NCBI GenBank assembly: GCA_965240325.2
Contig: OZ251240.1
Span: forward strand, 1 to 64,000
Reading direction: 5' to 3'
DNA length: 64,000 nt
From: Rebecca billardiae RCC1528
Taxonomy: Eukaryota; Protista; Haptophyta
Shown here in pieces: positions 56,804-64,000 of the stretch (the stretch's first letter is position 1; each line of letters opens with the position of its first letter). Position numbers and translations under genes: made by a program. Below the pieces are notes generated by a model. It was not told the origin of the DNA. It was given only the letters and a program-made list of their open reading frames with translations, and made no database searches.

Positions 56804-58348
56804 TCAGCCTGCACCGTCGCGGATCCTGGCCCTCCTGGCCATCACCACAGGTATGTCCTGTGGTTGCTGCCGTCGTGCTGCTCCCGCCGCCATGGATGGT
56901 GATGGTAGTCCTGGCAGACCCTGGTCGTAGATGCCATAGGCAGCCCGGACTGCGTTGTCACCTGCGTTGCCGGGCAGATGCCGCTCGTCCAGGGCCCAGG
57001 CATCATCATTGACCACCCCGTCATCAATCGAGTGGATCGTGCCATCTGACGAGCGCCAGCGGACGATGCTGACAGCGACCAGCGGCGGCGGTGGGGAAAG
57101 CTGCGGCGCGGCATCCGAAACAGCGGCAACGCAGCTGGTGGATTTGTGCTGTCGCTTCGCTGCGCGCGTGCCCTGGTCGCCGGTGTCATGCTCCAGCCCG
57201 CGCTTGGGGACGGCGAGCCGACCGCCAACCATGCCTGCCAGCTTGTGCACAGCGCACCGCCTGGCGCGCGCGTCGCCCGGCATGCCAAAGGTAGGCCGTG
57301 TGGTGCAGCCGGTATGATCACACTTGGGGCTCCTCACGTCGACCATGCCGGCCAGCTTGTGCGTAGCGCACCGGCTGGCGCGCGCGTCGCCCGGCATGCC
57401 GAACGCAGGCTGCTTGGTGCAGCCCGCGTGATCACACTTGCGGCTCACCACGTCGACCATGCCGGCCAGCTTGTGCGCAGCGCACCGGCTGGCGCGCGCG
57501 TCGCCCGGCATGCCGAACGCAGGCTGCTTGGTGCAGCCCGCGTGATCACACTTGGGGTTCTTCACGTTGATCATGCCGGCCAGCTTGTGCGTGGCGCACC
57601 GGCTGGCGCGCGCGTCGCCCGGCATGCCGAACGCAGGCTGCTTGGTGCAGCCCGCGTGATCACACTTGCGGCTCACCACGTCGACCATGCCGGCCAGCTT
57701 GTGCGCAGCGCACCGGCTGGCGCGCGCGTCGCCCGGCATGCCGAACGCAGGCTGCTTGGTGCAGCCCGCGTGATCACACTTGCGGCTCACCACGTCGACC
57801 ATGCCGGCCAGCTTGTGCGCAGCGCACCGGCTGGCGCGCGCGTCGCCCGGCATGCCGAACGCAGGCTGCTTGGTGCAGCCCGCGTGATCACACTTGGGGT
57901 TCTTCACGTTGATCATGCCGGCCAGCTTGTGCGTGGCGCACCGGCTGGCACGCATGTCGCCCGGCATGCCGAAGTGAGGCTGCGTGGTGCAGCCCGTGTG
58001 ATCGCACTTGCGGCTCTTCAGGTCGACCATGCCGGCCAGCTTGTGCGCAGCGCACCGGCTCGCGCGCGCGTCACCCGGGATGCCAAATGAAGGCCGCGTG
58101 GTGCAGCCCGTGTGATCGCATTTGGGGTTCTTCAGGTCGACCATGCCGGCCAGCTTGTGCGCAGCGCACCGGCTGGCGCGCGCGTCGCCCGGCATGCCGA
58201 ACGCAGGCTGCTTGGTGCAGCCCGCGTGATCACACTTGCGGCTCTTCACGTCGACCATGCCGGCCAGCTTGTGCGTGGCGCACCGGCTGGCGCGCGCGTC
58301 GCCCGGCATGCCGAACGCAGGCCGCTTGGTGCAGCCCGCGTGACGCAC
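56804..58348 (-). CDS. EsV-1-7-type cysteine-rich repeat protein (10 x 38 aa)
   Basis: CDHAGCTKQPAFGMPGDARASRCAAHKLAGMVDVVSRK repeats with a 114-bp period. The 5' end is unclear: in-frame TAA just upstream, first ATG at 58309. Confidence 0.8.
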   Translation of the reverse strand: MRHAGCTKRPAFGMPGDARASRCATHKLAGMVDVKSRKCDHAGCTKQPAFGMPGDARASRCAAHKLAGMVDLKNPKCDHTGCTTRPSFGIPGDARASRCAAHKLAGMVDLKSRKCDHTGCTTQPHFGMPGDMRASRCATHKLAGMINVKNPKCDHAGCTKQPAFGMPGDARASRCAAHKLAGMVDVVSRKCDHAGCTKQPAFGMPGDARASRCAAHKLAGMVDVVSRKCDHAGCTKQPAFGMPGDARASRCATHKLAGMINVKNPKCDHAGCTKQPAFGMPGDARASRCAAHKLAGMVDVVSRKCDHAGCTKQPAFGMPGDARASRCATHKLAGMVDVRSPKCDHTGCTTRPTFGMPGDARARRCAVHKLAGMVGGRLAVPKRGLEHDTGDQGTRAAKRQHKSTSCVAAVSDAAPQLSPPPPLVAVSIVRWRSSDGTIHSIDDGVVNDDAWALDERHLPGNAGDNAVRAAYGIYDQGLPGLPSPSMAAGAARRQQPQDIPVVMARRARIRDGAG

Positions 58349-59534
58349 AACACACTTTTACCTGATGCTCCCCCCCCGACTCCTCTACCGTATTGGCAAA
58401 TAGGACATTGTTCGCGCGCGCGATCTCGATTCTTTGTATGTGGCGTGGGGATTACTTTCATACAAACCGTCCTCCTAGGACAACCTATAAGAATGTGTGG
58501 AGAAGTACTCACTCGCATATGTCTTTCGTATCGCCTTGCCGTTTCGATAACCGACCACGAGCGTCCGCGACATCGGTGTTCCGTCGTTCGAAGCGTGCAT
58601 GCCACGCCTCCGAGTTTTGCTGACGACGAGACGTGTGGCCCTCGCGGCCCTGGCCGGCGCAACGGCGGTGGCCGCGATGGCCGAAAAACCGCCGAAGCCG
58701 CCGAGCCCGGCCGCGGTTGTCCTCGAAGCTCTTTGCCGTACGTCGGCCTGCGTCCCAGAGTGGATGCACGGCCCACGAGAGGAGGTCCAGCGTGCAATTC
58801 CGTTCGCACGTGGCGTGGTCCGGCGTGAATCAGCCGGGATGCCGACGGAGCCGCCCGCGACGCGCGGGCTGCACATGGCGGGCGTCGACCCCCTCGACGC
58901 GACGGAGACGCACATCGCCATGTTCACACGCGCGCTGCGCTGCACGCCCGCGCACATGCCCGACGCTCGTGCGTGCGTCTGGCGCGCGCTGCGCGAGGCG
59001 CAGGGCCGTCCCCGCCCGGTGCCCGCTAGGCGACAGCCGCGCGCGACGCGCGGGCTCGATTTGCCGGGTGTCGACGCCTCCGACGAGACGGGCACCCAAA
59101 TTGCTGTGCTCGAGCGCGTCACACGCGCCGTGCCCGCGCACATGCATCACGTTCTCGCACGCGCGCAACGCGCGCTGGACGTGGCACGCCGGCGTGCCGT
59201 TGCTGAGCAGCAACACGCGCTCACGGACGCGCGCACACGCGATCGGGCGCTGGCGACGGAGGCGCGCCTGGCGAGGCGACGCGCGCGCGCGGCACAAGCG
59301 CAGCGCGCACGTGAGCGCGCGCGCGCACGCGCCCGCCGAAGCGGAGCTGGCCGGCATGTGTTCGCGCAAGGGCGCCAGCGCATCTTTGGTGGCGGCGGCC
59401 GGGAGCGCACGCGCAGGCGGCGAGGCCGCAGCAGGTCCAAATCTCGGAGCCGGCCGTCACGCGCCTCGCCCAACTCACGCGCCGGCGAGCGCCCGGCTGC
59501 ACCGCGCCAAGCCAACCTCAACAAGGCTTCAATA

Positions 59535-62500
59535 ATGCGCAAGGCGACCGCCGAGCAGCGCCGCGCGCTCGACGGCGTGCGCGCAGCAGTGGCGCTCGCG
59601 GACGGTGGTGGGGCAGAGGGCGCACGACGCGAGGCGTGGGTCGCGAGCGTGCGCGCCGCGTGCTCGGCGTTGCGCGTGCCCGACGCTCGCACGCTCGTCT
59701 CCACCGACGACGTCGCGCTGCTCGACGTGGCGATGATGACCGTCGCGCGCGCTTGGCTGCTCCGACACGGCCGCGCGCCGCCACTGCATCTGCTCGAGGC
59801 ACCAGCCGCGGCTGAGCTGCGAGCGCTCTCCGCTGTCGCTCGCGCCTCGAAGGCGGAATCGGGCTGGCGAGGCGTGGCGTTCGCCGTCGCTCACGCGCGG
59901 CTACGACGCCAGCGGGCCGCGCGCGCCATCCAACGGCGCGCACGCCCGCTCTGGCGCATCCGCGGCACCGCCGCTGGCGCGAGTGTGGAGTTGGGCCGGG
60001 CGCCGCGGCGCGTGGGCGCGGTGCGCGGCGCGCTCGGCATCGTCTGCATGGAGCGGCGGCGCGCACGGCTGATGGCCGACGAGGAGATGCTCATGCCCGG
60101 TGGCGACTACTTCTACACGCCGATGGCGTACGCGCCGGGTGCGATCGCCGGCGCCGAGCCCGCTTCGTCGCCGCCGCCGCAGCCGCCGCCGTCGCACGAC
60201 CGCATCGCGTCGACCTCTGCCGGGCAGCACTCGCGCTCAGCCTCGGGCTGCTGCTCTGCGGCAGGCTGCGCCGCGCGCGTGGGCCGCCCAGCGCCCGTGG
60301 CGGCGGACGTGCTGTACGCGGTGCCGTGCGCGCACGTCGGCGCGCCGCATCGTGATCGTGCGGCGAGTGAGGCGGACACGGCGCGAACGTGCGGAGCTGG
60401 CGAGCCGGGCGCGCCCTTGGCGCCAAGTTTGGCAGCGCGCCCGGGCGCGCACGCGGACGGCAGCAGCCAGCTCAGCGCGCACGTGCGCGGCGCATCGCTG
60501 GCCGAGGTGCTGGGCGCGGACGGGCTGGCTGACGTCCTCAGCGTCATCACGACGCGCTTCGAGTCCACGCTGTTCTCGGCCGAGCAGAGCCTCGCCGTGC
60601 TCGAGAGCAGTCTGACTTACGGCTCAACCAGTCAGCATCCCGCGCTGAGCAATGTCTCGCTCGACCAGTGCCACAGGCACCGCACTCGCCTGCGCGCGCT
60701 GCTGGGGAAGCACGCACCCACCGCCGCCCAGCGGCTCGACGCGCACCGCGCTTCAAGCGCACGCGGCGGCGCTACTCCATCCGCCTCGGGCGCGACGGCT
60801 GCCACGCGAATCGACGCGCACCGTGCCCCGAGCACGCGCGGTGGCGCCGCAGCCGCTGACCACCGCGCGCCCCACCTGACGGGGTCGGAGTCGACGACGC
60901 GTCGTCCATCCACCACGCAGGCGGCGGCTGACGGGAGCGCCATCTCGCCGCCGCCGGCCACGTTGCTGCTGGAGGTCCTCGGCGCCCAGGCGCATGCGCG
61001 CGTGTGCGCGCTCATCAGCTCGCGCTCGCAGTCCCAGCTCTTCTCGCTCGAGCAGAGCCTCGCGGTGTTGGAGACGGGCGTGGCTGGCGCGCCGCCGGGC
61101 AACCACGCGCTGCTCGCCGACCTCAAGCCCCAGCAGTGCTACTCGCATCGCTGGACGCTGCACAACCTGCTGCGCGGCGAGTGCGCCGACGCGCTCGAGC
61201 GCCTACAAGCTGTGGGCATCGAGCGGCTTCGCCGCCCAGCCGCCGGCAAGCGGCCGCGCCCCACCGACTCGGTGGCGAGCGCGCCGGGCGCATGCGCGCC
61301 GCGCGAGGCGCGCGCGTGGCCGGCGGCGCTGGACCGCGCGCTCGGGGCCGAGGGCCGCGCGCTGCTGCTCTCCGTGCTCGACGAGCACGCGAGCGAGCTG
61401 TGCCTGCCGGTCGACGACGCGCTCGCCGTGCTCTTCATGCAGTTCGACGGCCGCTCCGCCAAGAGCATGTCGCAGCGTCATCGGCAGGCGTCGAAGCCCG
61501 CGCTCGCGCAGTGCGCGCGCCAGCTGCAGGTCATTTTGCGCGCGCACGCGCCGCGCGCGCACGCCTGCGTCTGGCCGCTCAGCACGCTCTCGGGGGGCTC
61601 GCCGTGCGGCACCGACGCGGGCGGGGCGGCGCCGCGCGCGCACGAGGTGGAGCCGTCCGTGACCGACATGGACGTCGACCCCACCAGCCCCGCCGCCGCG
61701 CAGCTCTGCCCCACGGCCGAGGCCATGTTGCCCACCGGCTGTGAGGGCGACGGCGCCCACGCGGCGCGCGGCGCGCAGGCGGCGCGCGGCGCGCAGGGTG
61801 AGCAGCAGCCGGGCACCGCGCCGCAGGGCGAGCTCTCGCCGGAGGACTCGCCCGAGCGCGCGTTCGGGCGCTTGCACGCCGCGCTGCGCACCATGCACGA
61901 CCAGCGCGTCCTGCGATTCTACACGCAGAACGACTCGTCGTGGACGATCGAGCAGGACATCGGCCTGCTGCAGACGCAGTACGCTCACGTGCTGCGCGCG
62001 ACACCGCAGCGCGCGTGGCCCGCGTTCGAGGGGAAGACGCCGAGGGCGTGCAAGGAGCGGCTGCTGCGGCTGAGGGAGGTCGTGGACAGGCTCGAGCCGC
62101 GGCTGCTCGCGACGCTCTTCCCCGCCGACGCAGACGACGAGCTGCGCGAGCTCGTCCGACGCTGCGCCGATCCTGCCGAGCGCGCGCGCCTGTGTGAGGC
62201 CGAGACGGGCGAGCTGCCGAGCGCGACTGCCGCACTGCGCGCGGCCACGGCCGGGATGCCCGAGGCGCACCGGGCGGAGGCGCTGCGGCTGCTGCGCGTC
62301 GAGTTCGACACGGCGCAGCCCCCCGAGGCCGTCGATCGCGTCGACTACTCGCGCCCGCGCACGCGCCTCCTGCACGGCGTGTGGACGCCGCTCGAGCCAG
62401 GCGCGCACTACGCGCCAGGCGCGCGCATAGATCGTCGCCGGCAGCGCGCGACCATTCCGCACGAGTTTTCGTTCACCGTGGTCCAGGAGCAGCTCATCCT

Positions 62501-64000
62501 GTCGGCGTGCACGGCCGACACGATCGGTGACTGCACGTGCTGCGCGCGCCGGTGCCTTTTGCGCCTCGGCCCCGCCGTGAGCGCGAGCGCGACCGGCGCG
62601 GCCGCGGGCAGCGGCGGAGACGGCGACGACGACTCGGGTGACGGGTCTGCGATGGGCGTTGGGGGCGCGGCGCGCCGCGACGCGGCGGCGGCCGGCGGCG
62701 CGGGCGCGGCCGCGGGCGGCGGCGGAGGCGGCGGGGACTCGAGCGACGGCTCCGAGCCGCGCAGCTGCGGCGCGGAGGGCCGCGGCGCAGGGGCGGCCGG
62801 CGGCGCTAGCGACGCGGGGCCGGGCCCGGCAGCAGGCAGCGGCGGAGACGGCGGTGACGCGAGCGACCGCACTGAGACGGGCGACTGCGGCGCGCCGGCA
62901 ATCGGCGGCGACGGCGGCGCGAGGTGTGATGGCGCGGGTGGCGCGCACGGGCGCGGCGAGAACGCGTCGTGCTCCACGGCCGCGCTCGAGGTGTGCTCGG
63001 CGTGCGAGGCGTGCGTCCACGCCGATCAGTTCCTCGCGCCGCCCGCGCCGCGCGAGGCGATCACGGTCGCGGACGTGACGGCGGACACTACCATCGGCGC
63101 GATCGTGGCGGAGCTCTCGGCGGCGGTCGCGGCGGCGGGAGAGGGCGACGCGGCCAACGCGAGCGCGGTGCCTCCGCTGCGTCTCGTCCACGTCTCGCAC
63201 GACGGCGCCGGACGGACGACGATGCGCGAGCTGCCACCCGACAGCACGGCCGCCGACGCGGACCTGTTCAACCTCGCGCCCGAGGTGATCGTGACGACGT
63301 ACGCGATCGGCGACCAGTCGCTCTACGCGGTGCGGCGCCGCTCGGCGCACGCGGCGTACTACGCGGCGGTGGGGTCGGGCCTCGAGCACCTCTCCACCGT
63401 GCGCGCGCTCGCCGCCGAGCGCGAGCAGCTCGGCGGGAGCATGCAGCTCGACCTCGACGAGAAGCAGTGGGGGGCGCTCGCGGAGACGCTCGCGATGTAC
63501 GACGATCGGCCGTGCCGCGTGTGCTTCAGCTGCGGCACGATGATGTACGCGAAGGAGGCCAGGCGCGTCACCGTCGTCGGCGCCACCTCGCTCGAGTCGC
63601 TGCGCGCGTACCGCGTGTACCAGCCGTTCATCCGCGAGCTCGAGCGCGAGCACACCATGGTCGCCGCCGACCTCTTCAACTTTGCGCCGGACGAGGAGGC
63701 GGAGGGCAAGGAGCGCGCGTACGCGGCGCGCATGCTTCTGCAGAACAGCTACGACACGCGCCGTTCGCGGCGGCAGTACCACACCGCGTGGTCGTGCACG
63801 CCGTGCGCGCAGGCCACCAAGCTGCCGACCGAGCCGTTTGCGGTGCACACGACGTCGACGTCGCGCCTCGACCTGTGCGACGGCTTCACCTCGATGGAGG
63901 GCGAGCTCAAGCCCACCGGCCTGGGCGTGCCGCTGCCGCCCGCCCTCGCTGCGCTCACCGTCGAGGAGCGGCTCGCGCTGTCCGTGCTGAAGATGGAGTC
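59535..64000 (+). CDS. Large intronless ORF running off the window (>1488 aa); probable N-terminal part of a Helitron/Helentron RepHel protein
   Basis: Frame open from ATG 59535 to the window edge, so it is absent from the ORF track. Ends with CFSC...CTPC...GVPLPPALAALTVEERLALS, resembling the DUF6570-type region found before the Helitron Rep domain. Confidence 0.6.
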   Translation, partial: MRKATAEQRRALDGVRAAVALADGGGAEGARREAWVASVRAACSALRVPDARTLVSTDDVALLDVAMMTVARAWLLRHGRAPPLHLLEAPAAAELRALSAVARASKAESGWRGVAFAVAHARLRRQRAARAIQRRARPLWRIRGTAAGASVELGRAPRRVGAVRGALGIVCMERRRARLMADEEMLMPGGDYFYTPMAYAPGAIAGAEPASSPPPQPPPSHDRIASTSAGQHSRSASGCCSAAGCAARVGRPAPVAADVLYAVPCAHVGAPHRDRAASEADTARTCGAGEPGAPLAPSLAARPGAHADGSSQLSAHVRGASLAEVLGADGLADVLSVITTRFESTLFSAEQSLAVLESSLTYGSTSQHPALSNVSLDQCHRHRTRLRALLGKHAPTAAQRLDAHRASSARGGATPSASGATAATRIDAHRAPSTRGGAAAADHRAPHLTGSESTTRRPSTTQAAADGSAISPPPATLLLEVLGAQAHARVCALISSRSQSQLFSLEQSLAVLETGVAGAPPGNHALLADLKPQQCYSHRWTLHNLLRGECADALERLQAVGIERLRRPAAGKRPRPTDSVASAPGACAPREARAWPAALDRALGAEGRALLLSVLDEHASELCLPVDDALAVLFMQFDGRSAKSMSQRHRQASKPALAQCARQLQVILRAHAPRAHACVWPLSTLSGGSPCGTDAGGAAPRAHEVEPSVTDMDVDPTSPAAAQLCPTAEAMLPTGCEGDGAHAARGAQAARGAQGEQQPGTAPQGELSPEDSPERAFGRLHAALRTMHDQRVLRFYTQNDSSWTIEQDIGLLQTQYAHVLRATPQRAWPAFEGKTPRACKERLLRLREVVDRLEPRLLATLFPADADDELRELVRRCADPAERARLCEAETGELPSATAALRAATAGMPEAHRAEALRLLRVEFDTAQPPEAVDRVDYSRPRTRLLHGVWTPLEPGAHYAPGARIDRRRQRATIPHEFSFTVVQEQLILSACTADTIGDCTCCARRCLLRLGPAVSASATGAAAGSGGDGDDDSGDGSAMGVGGAARRDAAAAGGAGAAAGGGGGGGDSSDGSEPRSCGAEGRGAGAAGGASDAGPGPAAGSGGDGGDASDRTETGDCGAPAIGGDGGARCDGAGGAHGRGENASCSTAALEVCSACEACVHADQFLAPPAPREAITVADVTADTTIGAIVAELSAAVAAAGEGDAANASAVPPLRLVHVSHDGAGRTTMRELPPDSTAADADLFNLAPEVIVTTYAIGDQSLYAVRRRSAHAAYYAAVGSGLEHLSTVRALAAEREQLGGSMQLDLDEKQWGALAETLAMYDDRPCRVCFSCGTMMYAKEARRVTVVGATSLESLRAYRVYQPFIRELEREHTMVAADLFNFAPDEEAEGKERAYAARMLLQNSYDTRRSRRQYHTAWSCTPCAQATKLPTEPFAVHTTSTSRLDLCDGFTSMEGELKPTGLGVPLPPALAALTVEERLALSVLKME

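Overview
Very GC-rich eukaryotic nuclear DNA with short GC-rich GT-AG introns (GTGCGC...CGCAG). The style suggests a haptophyte such as Diacronema/Pavlova; this is inference. There is one assembly gap (3402-3501). Housekeeping genes: Hsp10, Prp4, a sphingolipid C9-methyltransferase-like enzyme, DUF1640, a CSPP1-like protein, a DNAJC9-like J protein and an RS-rich protein. Unusual cell-surface/signalling genes: a giant RCC1-extensin-REJ-GPS polycystin-1-like receptor with IQ and EF-hand motifs, an LRR-TM-TIR/HET-like protein, a second membrane TIR-like protein, a knottin-Hint (Hedgehog-type) secreted protein and a bacterial-like secreted beta-propeller enzyme. Several mobile elements can be delimited from the sequence alone. 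(i) A 2262-bp Transib/RAG-like transposon with bipartite TIRs starting CACAGTG/CACGGTG, a 5-bp TGATG target duplication and decayed RAG1-like motifs; this is the most striking find. (ii) A non-autonomous split-direct-repeat (Ngaro/TOC1-like) element. (iii) Three non-autonomous TIR elements with G(A/G)CC ends and 4-bp TSDs. (iv) Dispersed Tc1/mariner-type ends. (v) A hairpin-rich 709-bp tandem repeat. (vi) At the right edge, a >1488-codon ORF that the ORF track omits. It resembles a Helitron RepHel N-terminus and lies head-to-head with an EsV-1-7 repeat ORF. All domain calls come from motif recognition, not database searches.
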